Origin: a virus
Strand: one strand, 5' to 3'
DNA: 64,000 bases
IMG/VR virus record: IMGVR_UViG_3300036770_008028
Coordinates: 93,499-157,498 of that record
The position numbers and the translations under genes are program-made. The notes below the pieces were generated by a model. The model saw only the letters and a list, made by a program, of their open reading frames with translations. It was not told the origin of the DNA and ran no database searches. This document shows, in pieces, positions 44,466 to 52,714 of the stretch. Within the stretch, counting starts at the first letter, position 1. Each line of letters starts with the position of its first letter.

Positions 44466-45476
44466 ATGAAGAAGTTTATTGCCGCCCTGGCTGTATCTCT
44501 ACTGGGCACCACGGCCATGGCCGCAACCATCACCGGCGCTGGCGCCACATTCCCTTATCCCATCTATGCCAAATGGGCTGAACAGTACAAAAAAGAAACC
44601 GGCGTGAGCCTTAACTATCAGAGCATCGGTTCATCCGGCGGCATCCGCCAGATCAACGGCAAGACTGTGGCTTTTGGTGCCACAGACGCACCTGTGAAAG
44701 GTGCGGATCTTGACCAAAGAGGCCAGGTACAGTTCCCCGCCATCATCGGTGGCACCATTCCTGTGTTCAACCTCGAGGGCTTCCGGCCTGGCGAACTTCG
44801 AATCACGGGTGATGTCCTGGCCGAGATGTTCATGGGCTGGATCGTGAACTGGAACGACCCCAAGATCGCCGCGCTGAACCCTGGCAAGCGGCTGCCTGAC
44901 CAGACCATCACAGTGGTGCATCGTGCAGACGGTTCGGGCACGACCTTCAACTTCACCGATTACCTCACCACCGTCAGCAAGCTCTGGGCTGAGAAGGTTG
45001 GCCGGGGCGCTGCTGTGAAGTGGCCTGCAGCCTCTTCGATCGGCGGCAAGGGCAACGAGGGTGTGGCCGCTAACGTGGCCCGTGTGAAAGGTGCTATTGG
45101 CTACGTGGAGTATGCGTATGCCAAGAAGAACAACCTGCCCTACTTTCAGATGCAGAACCGGGATGGCAAGTTCGTTCGCCCAGATGACAAGACCTTCGCT
45201 GCTGCCGCTGCTGGTGCTGACTGGTTCTCAACCCCGGGCATGGGCATCTCCATAGTGGATCAACCCGGTGCTGCAGCCTGGCCCATCTCTACTGCCAGTT
45301 TCATTATCATGTACCGTGATCCAGAGAACAAGGCAGCATCAGCAGAAGTGCTCAAGTTCTTTGATTACGCCTTCCGCAACGGCAAGAAAGCCGCTCTGGA
45401 ATTAGACTATGTGCCCTTGCCCGACGCGCTCACAGAGCAGATCCGGCAGCGTGTTTGGAACCAGATTAAGAATTGA
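44466..45476 (+). CDS. pstS: Phosphate-binding protein PstS
   Basis: GAGATFPYP, YQSIGSSGG, FGATD, HRADGSGTT and GNEGV motifs. Confidence 0.97.
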   Translation: MKKFIAALAVSLLGTTAMAATITGAGATFPYPIYAKWAEQYKKETGVSLNYQSIGSSGGIRQINGKTVAFGATDAPVKGADLDQRGQVQFPAIIGGTIPVFNLEGFRPGELRITGDVLAEMFMGWIVNWNDPKIAALNPGKRLPDQTITVVHRADGSGTTFNFTDYLTTVSKLWAEKVGRGAAVKWPAASSIGGKGNEGVAANVARVKGAIGYVEYAYAKKNNLPYFQMQNRDGKFVRPDDKTFAAAAAGADWFSTPGMGISIVDQPGAAAWPISTASFIIMYRDPENKAASAEVLKFFDYAFRNGKKAALELDYVPLPDALTEQIRQRVWNQIKN

Positions 45477-45622
45477 AACTGGCGGATTCAGTCTTGATGA
45501 TCATGGTGATCCCTGTGATCGTGCAGGCAGGGATCATGATCGGCATCACTTTCTATGGATTCCTCATGGTAGGACTGCAACAACTCGCTGCGTGACGGCG
45601 TATAATAAGCCAAATAGTCACG

Positions 45623-45646
45623 ACCGCCCCTGGGGGCGGTTTTTTA
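45623..45646 (+). terminator. Intrinsic terminator
   Basis: ACCGCCCC-TG-GGGGCGGT followed by a T run. Confidence 0.8.
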
Positions 45647-45916
45647 TTGGCTCCAGCGCAGGGCTATGATGGTTTCCAAATGTGGGTCCCGGCAGGCGAC
45701 TTCGATCCGGTGATTGCGAGCACTCTGTCGCACCCGCCAGAGATCGTCGGCTCCGCGCCACTCTGCGATCTGTGCCGTGGTAGAAACATAGTAGGGATTC
45801 CGACGGCTGTCTGGGGTGCGTTCTGCATCGGGTACACGGTAGGGCTGATTGGGTGCGACTTCTCGATCCAACCAGTCGATCACTGCCGTGGCGTTGTGTC
45901 GGGGGATCAGGACCAC
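45644..45916 (-). CDS. Hypothetical phage protein
   Basis: Coupled ORF ending ALRWS. Confidence 0.55.
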   Translation of the reverse strand: MVLIPRHNATAVIDWLDREVAPNQPYRVPDAERTPDSRRNPYYVSTTAQIAEWRGADDLWRVRQSARNHRIEVACRDPHLETIIALRWSQ

Positions 45917-46131
45917 TTCAGCCGAAACAAGATAGCATCACGTTCTGTGCCAAAACGATACAAATCAGGCATCTGTGTGTCCAGCACGCCGTTGGCTATG
46001 TCGGATCCCAAACGATACCAGTTGAGATCAAACTCACCTATGTTGGCCTTCAGCCACGGTACCACGGATTCATGATTGTGCCAGGTCCTACATTCCCAAG
46101 GGAACCGTTGTTCTACAGAATCCCAGTCCAT
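45907..46131 (-). CDS. Hypothetical phage protein
   Basis: Ends YRF..ERDAILFRLKWS. Confidence 0.6.
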   Translation of the reverse strand: MDWDSVEQRFPWECRTWHNHESVVPWLKANIGEFDLNWYRLGSDIANGVLDTQMPDLYRFGTERDAILFRLKWS

Positions 46132-46826
46132 TACCAGGATCCTGGCCAGGCCGCATAGCGGTTGATTGAACGATGGGCGCTGACAATCTTCTTGGCCACG
46201 TCTGTGCGATACACATTGTGCCAGTAGCGACCAGCAAGGGCCGTAAGTTCTTCCAGTTCTTCGCGCTCGCCCGACCAGCGCAGTTTTGCGATGCTGGGGG
46301 GTCTGCCGCGCCAGGTGGCGAAGCCTAGATCCCAGAACGCGCGGATGATCTGTTCACGATTGGTCATGCGGCGACCAGTGGCAACCTCATACACACCTTG
46401 ATGCTCTTTAAGGCAGAAGCAGTGGCGCCAGGTCTGAAGCGTGACGACACCACCGCGACGGGTCTGTTCCGTGGCCGGAGTGACACAACTGATTGCTGCG
46501 GTCTCATCCATCCACTCTGCAAAATCCTGTCGCCACTCCACCGGTGCCATGCGACTGGCCACCTGGCCCACCGAACGCTCGCCCGCGATCTGGATCTTGC
46601 TGTCGGTGAGTATCACGTACTGTTGGTCATGGGCCCGGGCCGTGGCCAGCAAGAAGTTGAGATTGTCGGCACTGTCTGTGAGGGCCTGGGTCTCGAACGT
46701 GAACAAGGAGAGTTGATCAGCGTCGCGGGTGCGTCCGTCTTGGCGCCAGGCGTATCGATCTCTGCGGCTGTCGCCCATGCGCCGGCGTGCGTTTGATACT
46801 TCATGGATCTGTTCGTACCTCAGCAT
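46131..46826 (-). CDS. Hypothetical protein
   Basis: AAGGAAG Shine-Dalgarno; 231-aa coupled ORF. Confidence 0.6.
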   Translation of the reverse strand: MLRYEQIHEVSNARRRMGDSRRDRYAWRQDGRTRDADQLSLFTFETQALTDSADNLNFLLATARAHDQQYVILTDSKIQIAGERSVGQVASRMAPVEWRQDFAEWMDETAAISCVTPATEQTRRGGVVTLQTWRHCFCLKEHQGVYEVATGRRMTNREQIIRAFWDLGFATWRGRPPSIAKLRWSGEREELEELTALAGRYWHNVYRTDVAKKIVSAHRSINRYAAWPGSW

Positions 46827-47938
46827 GATGCTTCCTTGATAAACATTTCAAAACTGTTACCGCGGATGGTGTCGCGCATAACAATATTTTTTTTGAATAA
46901 TTGCCACATCGTGGGATCATACCTGGATCCACTCAACACGTTGCGAGCCGAGCGCACTGCTTCCATTATTTGTGGAGATAATGTAGTAGTAATCAGCTCA
47001 TCCAGGTGCGTTAGAGCATAAGCCTTGTGTGCCGGAGGCAGATTTTGCATCTGGAGATAATCCGGAGTAGTCAAAGATTCAATTTCTAGGTATAAATCGT
47101 TTTCAGCGCACCATGTGATCAACGGACCAAGATTGGCTACATTGAGATTTTGGCACACAGCATGTACAAGGCATTTTACATTGGGCAAACGCCGCATGAT
47201 CTGTATGTTTTGTTCTACGGCTTGCCATGATGCAGGGAATCTCATGTATTCGTACAATGGTCCTACAGCATCTACGCTAAACATGATACGCACCAATCTG
47301 AATTTTGCCAATGCTTTTTGCCATCTTTCACTCCATGTAGTACCATTGGTCGTGACATGTAAAAGCATGTCTTTGGCATGCGCGGCCGGAATATTGTTTA
47401 TCAATGACAGCAAATCTTTGTTATAAAAAGGTTCGCCACCGCGGATATTCACCACGTAAGGTCGCTGGTCAAGTAATTTTTGTAAATTATCATAGCCAGT
47501 TGATTGCCAGGCGATGTCAGTTTGTTGGATAGAATTCACACCTAATCTTACATTTTCTGCCAAAATCGCGCTGCTATTTTTTTCATCACACATCAGACAT
47601 CTTAGATTGCAAAGATTGCCAAGGTCGATCTCTACGGTACGGATCGGGCGATCAGGACGAGTAGGCAGGATGCTGAACTCCTTCATGGCACGCGTGCGCA
47701 AACTGGAAAAACCTGCATCTTCTCTTTGCCAGCATTGCACACATCCTGGATGTCGATGATCTGCCACGAAACTCTGGCGTACATCTGTCACATATTGACT
47801 AGCCAACCAATGCTCGTGCGAATGCCTATTGATATTCATCCGGACGTCACGTGGCATCACATGCTGGCAACATATATTGAATGTTCCGTCTGTTCTAATC
47901 ATCACATGATCAAAAGGATATGAACAGTGATTTTGCAT
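46820..47938 (-). CDS. Radical SAM protein (twitch/SPASM-type)
   Basis: CNLRCLMC, RGGEP, TTNG and YMRFPASW motifs. Confidence 0.9.
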   Translation of the reverse strand: MQNHCSYPFDHVMIRTDGTFNICCQHVMPRDVRMNINRHSHEHWLASQYVTDVRQSFVADHRHPGCVQCWQREDAGFSSLRTRAMKEFSILPTRPDRPIRTVEIDLGNLCNLRCLMCDEKNSSAILAENVRLGVNSIQQTDIAWQSTGYDNLQKLLDQRPYVVNIRGGEPFYNKDLLSLINNIPAAHAKDMLLHVTTNGTTWSERWQKALAKFRLVRIMFSVDAVGPLYEYMRFPASWQAVEQNIQIMRRLPNVKCLVHAVCQNLNVANLGPLITWCAENDLYLEIESLTTPDYLQMQNLPPAHKAYALTHLDELITTTLSPQIMEAVRSARNVLSGSRYDPTMWQLFKKNIVMRDTIRGNSFEMFIKEASC

Positions 47939-48177
47939 TAAATCCAGCCTTGATCGCGACAGATTTTATCAAGCACGGACCTGGCCTGCGATAAATCACT
48001 CTCGGCCTGCCGATCGATCTCGGCTGCAATGATCATCTGCATCACGATCCAGGCCTGCAGGGCCACCGATCGGGGCATGCTTTGCACCCAGGTCACGATC
48101 TCGTCTATGGAGTCCATCTGCCACATGCGGTCGGCCAGTTCCTGCTGTAGGGGTGATAATCCGGTGAGTTCGATCAT
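47938..48177 (-). CDS. Hypothetical protein
   Basis: AAGGAG Shine-Dalgarno; 79 aa. Confidence 0.65.
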   Translation of the reverse strand: MIELTGLSPLQQELADRMWQMDSIDEIVTWVQSMPRSVALQAWIVMQMIIAAEIDRQAESDLSQARSVLDKICRDQGWI

Positions 48178-48335
48178 GACTGCTCCTTTCCTATCCTGTT
48201 GATTTCTTCAGTGAGAACCCGTTCCACCAGTTGGTTCAGCGTGATATCTTGTTCATGGGCTATTTTCATCAGGGTGTACCACTCTTCGTCGGTGAGTTCG
48301 ATTTCGATATCTACTCGGTTGTCAGTTTCGGTCAT
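48174..48335 (-). CDS. 53-aa protein, possible ribbon-helix-helix DNA binder
   Basis: Hand-translated MTETDNRVDIEIELTDEEWYTLMKIAHEQDITLNQLVERVLTEE...; GGAGG Shine-Dalgarno. Confidence 0.6.
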   Translation of the reverse strand: MTETDNRVDIEIELTDEEWYTLMKIAHEQDITLNQLVERVLTEEINRIGKEQS

Positions 48336-48463
48336 ACAGCCTCCTGGTTGCGGTGCTTGGGTTGACGTTGATAATCCGTGGCCGCACGATGCCGAGCCGG
48401 ACGGTTTTGGTTATTTTTGGCCACCCAATTGCGTTGTCTTATCTGTTGTTTTATTTTGGTCAT
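48332..48463 (-). CDS. 43-aa basic peptide with ArfA-like C-terminal motif
   Basis: MTKIKQQIRQRNWVAKNNQNRPARHRAATDYQRQPKHRNQEAV; coupled to neighbours. Confidence 0.5.
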   Translation of the reverse strand: MTKIKQQIRQRNWVAKNNQNRPARHRAATDYQRQPKHRNQEAV

Positions 48464-48464
48464 G

Positions 48465-48653
48465 TCAATCTACCTGTATGTCTGCTATCTGTCCATCACG
48501 AAAAATATAAAAGAAATCTAACCACGCCGATCCACTTCGCACCGCGGCCCAGACACAGTCATTGCCGGGCTGTAGTTCGAAATCGAAGTAACCTTTTTGG
48601 GCAAGATCCTCTTGCACCTGCATCACTTCAAACTCGTTCATGCTGTGATCCAA
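48465..48653 (-). CDS. Hypothetical protein
   Basis: Coupled small ORF. Confidence 0.55.
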   Translation of the reverse strand: MDHSMNEFEVMQVQEDLAQKGYFDFELQPGNDCVWAAVRSGSAWLDFFYIFRDGQIADIQVD

Positions 48654-48967
48654 TCTACACTGTCACGAGTCTCGATGTCCTCGCTGCCGTCGTATTCTGA
48701 AATTCGAAACTGAGTTCCCACTGGCAACCATCTGACCTGGAGATCCTGTAATCCACCCAGATATGATTCTGGATACTTGATCTGGGCTATGGCTTCGGCC
48801 TTCTCCTGCCAGTTTGCACCACCTTGATCCACAATGTCCGCGATCTGAGGGTCAAACAGCATGGCCATTTTTACATCATGGTCATGTTGCCAAGTGCTCC
48901 ACCCTGCACCGAATCCAGGCGAATACAGCACTGCTATCTGTCCGTCGCGGATCAGTCTATCCGTCAT
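48638..48967 (-). CDS. Hypothetical phage protein
   Basis: [15 protein letters not shown]...[10 protein letters not shown]. Confidence 0.7.
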   Translation of the reverse strand: MTDRLIRDGQIAVLYSPGFGAGWSTWQHDHDVKMAMLFDPQIADIVDQGGANWQEKAEAIAQIKYPESYLGGLQDLQVRWLPVGTQFRISEYDGSEDIETRDSVDWITA

Positions 48968-49305
48968 GCCGCCCTCACTCGCACATCAGTATTTAAGTTG
49001 GGCCGCAGTTCGCGGATCAGGGCGCGCTCAAGCTGGTGCGCTTCGGTCTTGCCGCGCACCACTGCCACGATTGAGTAGCAGAAGCACTCGGGCCCACGTC
49101 CACGCAGGGCTTCGTACAAGGCCCAGGATTTGTCTTCTGAGCGGCTACGATACAGATGTTTATTCATACGCACCCGCACCGACTTCAGCACTGTCGATTC
49201 AGTCTTGGCTGTCACACCGATATAGAAGTCCGTGCCCGATTGGATCTTGTACACGATGTGGGTGCGATCTGCTCGCTTTTTACGGGGTGCTTTTTTGATT
49301 TCCAT
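48964..49305 (-). CDS. GIY-YIG-like nuclease-domain protein
   Basis: IVYKI....FYIGVT...R...H...E..LI....PNLN. Confidence 0.7.
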   Translation of the reverse strand: MEIKKAPRKKRADRTHIVYKIQSGTDFYIGVTAKTESTVLKSVRVRMNKHLYRSRSEDKSWALYEALRGRGPECFCYSIVAVVRGKTEAHQLERALIRELRPNLNTDVRVRAA

Positions 49306-49311
49306 GTTATT

Positions 49312-49340
49312 ATTATATCAGAAAAGGCTTTTCTGGTCAA
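49312..49340 (-). promoter_or_regulatory. Sigma70-like promoter
   Basis: TTGACC-17 nt-TATAAT, 6 nt before the ATG (leaderless-type). Confidence 0.8.
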
Positions 49341-49350
49341 CCCACGAAAA

Positions 49351-49398
49351 AGTAGGTAAGTGCGCACTAACTCTGTGGTTAGCAAGCACTTACCTACT
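49351..49398. repeat. Inverted repeat made of two GTTAG-N6-CTTACCTACT motifs
   Basis: AGTAGGTAAGTGC/GCACTTACCTACT; a third copy of the motif lies at 20737-20758. Confidence 0.75.
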
Positions 49399-49555
49399 CT
49401 GGACCAAGTGATTGGTTGGCGCGTCCAGTGGCACCATAGGAGCGGGGCGAGCAGAACAAAGCATCACGACACCGGCTGCTCGGGACTGATGGAGTTTTGA
49501 CCCCTAAACATCACTTACGCTTTCAAATGATTCCGGTGCGCTTCATGATGTATAC

Positions 49556-49584
49556 ATTGTATGTAAACAGTTTTTTTTGGTCAA
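49556..49584 (-). promoter_or_regulatory. Sigma70-like promoter in front of an ORF-less structured region
   Basis: TTGACC-17 nt-TACAAT. Confidence 0.75.
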
Positions 49585-50216
49585 CCATGCTGCGAATTTG
49601 CATGCACGGAAAAATAAAAATCTTGTGGACGCACAGTGACACTGAACTCTAACCTGCGGTGAGTGAGTCCTGTCATGCCATGGCACACAAAACCATTATG
49701 AATAGACCATGACCGGACTGGAAACTGGCATCGATCTATCACCAAGAGTTCATCCATGTTGGTCCAGGACAGGCGCTGTCCTTGCTGCACATTATGTATG
49801 ATGCCGATCTGTCCCGGAACTTGATAGAACTCAGTCATGGCATCGGAGCCGCCCTGCTCAATCACCCAAATCAATTTCAGCATCCTGCCATCAACATGTG
49901 CACCTTGCACTGTCTGTCCTTCATGGTCGGCTGCGTTGACTCTCAGCGTAGCATCGCTAAAATCTGGCAGAATATTTTGGCGGATCCATTGCTCAAATTC
50001 TGGACCCATCGACACTGCTGCCTGACATCTGGTTATATATGGCTGTCCTTGATAAGTCACTTGTCTTTGTCGGTATTCTGCATGCCCATGATATCGTTGG
50101 TGAAGCAGGTCTTGATAATTTCGACTCTCGGCCAAATGTATGGCTTGGTCCACAAAATGTTCAGGGGGTGCGGGAAGATCAGGTAGAGGTAGCCAGGTGA
50201 ATACGGGGGGCAACAT
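49581..50216 (-). CDS. Cupin/2OG-Fe(II) oxygenase-like protein
   Basis: GAHVD...CHGM....R; similar to 26819-27382. Confidence 0.55.
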   Translation of the reverse strand: MLPPVFTWLPLPDLPAPPEHFVDQAIHLAESRNYQDLLHQRYHGHAEYRQRQVTYQGQPYITRCQAAVSMGPEFEQWIRQNILPDFSDATLRVNAADHEGQTVQGAHVDGRMLKLIWVIEQGGSDAMTEFYQVPGQIGIIHNVQQGQRLSWTNMDELLVIDRCQFPVRSWSIHNGFVCHGMTGLTHRRLEFSVTVRPQDFYFSVHANSQHG

Positions 50217-50321
50217 AGCAGTTCCTTTGGCAGTATTTACACACTTACATGCCATATTCAAACAAAGTCAGGCATACGATATATATACATATGATAGTGT
50301 CTCCTTTTAACAATTCTTATC

Positions 50322-51386
50322 TTGCTCGATAAAAACCTACAAAATTTTGACCAGGATCTAAGACTGCAGTCTACTGTGTCATTGGATCACTACAATGATA
50401 TATTTTGCAAGCCATGGTTAAAGGATCAGTGGCATGTGATCTATCGACCCAGTTGCCTGCGCCGGCCTTACGTGGATCTTTACTGGAATATCGATTATCC
50501 AGAAGTACAATGGACCGATCATACCATCGTGATCTTGCATTGCCAGGATTTCCTCAGCATACACGATCATGGCTGCGCTGAACTCTATAATATCGAACGA
50601 CACTACGGAGATCGCAGCCGGCAGGTAGTGGTCATACACTGGAACTATGATCTCTACAGAGCCTATCGAGGTCCATTGAATCTTATCTACTTTCCCACAC
50701 ACACCTACGAAATATTGTGCAACCTCCGCAGTGATCAGTTCCAGGAATGGCGGCAGCGCAGTATCCCCCAACGATCTCGCACATGGCAATGTCTCAATGG
50801 TATCCCCAGACCACATCGGAGATGTGTGCATGACTGGCTCAAACCCTTGACCAATGGAATCACTTGTCTGGGAAAGATTGATCCTTTGCCGCAGGATGCC
50901 TATCATGATACCTATACCTGGACCGGAGATCCCATGATCAACGAGAACAATCTCATGAGATTGAGTTGGTTGTATGATCATACCTGGATCAATGTGGTCA
51001 CAGAAACACAGTATACCGAGACACCGGGTATCATATCTGAAAAAACAGTGTTCGCTCTGCTGGGACGACAGATACCCATCTTGATCGGCTATCGTGGCAT
51101 AGTAGAAGACTGTCGCCGATTGGGATTTGACATGTTTGATGATGTGGTGGACCATGGCTATGATCACTTGGAAGATGGCTATCGCTGGCGCCGGGCGCTG
51201 GAACTCAATGAAGACCTACTGAGAAATCATCGAGATCACAGTGATCTCATACCGCGATTACAACGTCAGCGCGAATGGTGTCTTGATAATTGGCCCGCGA
51301 TCATGATCCAGGATCATGATCGTCGTTGTGACGAGATATCACGGTCTCTAACCACCGATCCAGATCTCCATACATCTGAGCCATGA
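50322..51386 (+). CDS. Glycosyltransferase-like protein (same family)
   Basis: NVVTETQY...ISEKT..AL...IP...GFDMFDDVVDHGYD; start uncertain. Confidence 0.6.
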   Translation: MLDKNLQNFDQDLRLQSTVSLDHYNDIFCKPWLKDQWHVIYRPSCLRRPYVDLYWNIDYPEVQWTDHTIVILHCQDFLSIHDHGCAELYNIERHYGDRSRQVVVIHWNYDLYRAYRGPLNLIYFPTHTYEILCNLRSDQFQEWRQRSIPQRSRTWQCLNGIPRPHRRCVHDWLKPLTNGITCLGKIDPLPQDAYHDTYTWTGDPMINENNLMRLSWLYDHTWINVVTETQYTETPGIISEKTVFALLGRQIPILIGYRGIVEDCRRLGFDMFDDVVDHGYDHLEDGYRWRRALELNEDLLRNHRDHSDLIPRLQRQREWCLDNWPAIMIQDHDRRCDEISRSLTTDPDLHTSEP

Positions 51387-51729
51387 GTGCTTCTCGGCTG
51401 CCAAAGAAGATGATGCGTTTGGTCTTGTTTCTCGAGTCGAAATCGAGATAATAAGGCCATTCAAGTTTGTGATCCAGATCCAGTATGGTTCGTTTGCTGA
51501 TACGGGATCTGTGTGCGCTCTGATGATTCTCGTTTGCCAGATCTAGTTGCCAGGATTCCAGTTTCAAGATCGAGTGCAGGATTCTATAGCCATGGTTGGT
51601 GAGTCTCAGGCCACCCTCGGGCCGTAGATTGGCCCACCAGGTGATCATGGCCTGCTCGATGCTTTCTCTATGTTCTTCGGGTATGCCGTCACGCAGTCGC
51701 GTGACGATGTCAAGTTTTCGGGTTGGCAT
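51301..51729 (-). CDS. Hypothetical phage protein
   Basis: WW.N.R..GGLRLT..G...PYY. Confidence 0.7.
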   Translation of the reverse strand: MPTRKLDIVTRLRDGIPEEHRESIEQAMITWWANLRPEGGLRLTNHGYRILHSILKLESWQLDLANENHQSAHRSRISKRTILDLDHKLEWPYYLDFDSRNKTKRIIFFGSREALMAQMYGDLDRWLETVISRHNDDHDPGS

Positions 51730-52015
51730 GGGGGAACACAGTCTCCCCTTGTTTCAATAGCACTACCGAAAACTTATCGGTCTTGAATTGTGCATTGAGT
51801 TTCTTGGCCAGGTTGATGGCATGTCCTTGGTTAGAGAATGACACTTTCTTGTACTTAGGACCGGGATACTGCACCAGCATGTTGGCGGTTTTGAGATTGA
51901 TAGGAGCGCCGTCAAAAAACACCGCCCAGATACCCGTGGCTGCTAACACTTGCTCTGTTTTGTAGGTACTGCGATCTGTTGTTTCGACCAGTACTCGGGG
52001 TTTGGGTCTGCTCAT
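51710..52015 (-). CDS. Hypothetical phage protein
   Basis: MSRPKP...GPKYKKVSFSN.GHA; AGGAG Shine-Dalgarno and TAAATA upstream. Confidence 0.75.
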   Translation of the reverse strand: MSRPKPRVLVETTDRSTYKTEQVLAATGIWAVFFDGAPINLKTANMLVQYPGPKYKKVSFSNQGHAINLAKKLNAQFKTDKFSVVLLKQGETVFPHANPKT

Positions 52016-52058
52016 TGATATTAAACTCCTAGTTTTATTTATCTTTTATATAGGTAGT

Positions 52059-52268
52059 TTAAAATCGCCCTCCGTCGATCTCGATGCTGTCGTCTGGGGC
52101 TGACCGTGCCGATACCTGCTGCTCTTGCAGGATCTGCAAGGCCAGTAACAGCCGTGTGATATCGGTGTGCAGATCTCTGGATTCGTTGAGACTCAGTGTT
52201 ATTTCTCTTTGCCCACGATTTTCTGCTGCCTTTACTCGATCTAGGAATCGATTGATATGTAGGCTCAT
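52059..52268 (-). CDS. Hypothetical protein
   Basis: Coupled ORF ending IDGGRF. Confidence 0.65.
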   Translation of the reverse strand: MSLHINRFLDRVKAAENRGQREITLSLNESRDLHTDITRLLLALQILQEQQVSARSAPDDSIEIDGGRF

Positions 52269-52714
52269 CGTGCTGCTTCGGCCTGTTCACGACTATGGAA
52301 TGGCCCACGATATTCATGGCGTTGTATGATGATCAGTTTGGGACAGTTCACGGCCTGCCAATCTCTTCCTTGCCGTACCAGATACCATCCGGCTGCATAC
52401 CAACTTTTACTCTTGGGTTCGCGCGTCCACAATGGTGCCTGATGCTTGACATCGTATACAGCATTGTAGGCTCGGCCTGTGGTCTGGTAACCATAGACCA
52501 TGTCATTGTGTGTGCGACGTGAACGACCGGTGCTCGCAGGTTCAAAATCTATGGCGACCTGCTGCTTGATTTTGGTGATGCTGGGAAATTTTTCTACGTG
52601 ATTATTGATGCGTACTTGGAAGCCATCGGGCCCACTCTGGATGTTACCGACCTTGCGATCATCCTGCTTGAGTATCCAGTACTGATTTGGTATCACTGCT
52701 TTGGCTAGGATCAT
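52265..52714 (-). CDS. Hypothetical phage protein
   Basis: SKSWYAAGWY...CPKLI...Y.GPF. Confidence 0.7.
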   Translation of the reverse strand: MILAKAVIPNQYWILKQDDRKVGNIQSGPDGFQVRINNHVEKFPSITKIKQQVAIDFEPASTGRSRRTHNDMVYGYQTTGRAYNAVYDVKHQAPLWTREPKSKSWYAAGWYLVRQGRDWQAVNCPKLIIIQRHEYRGPFHSREQAEAAR

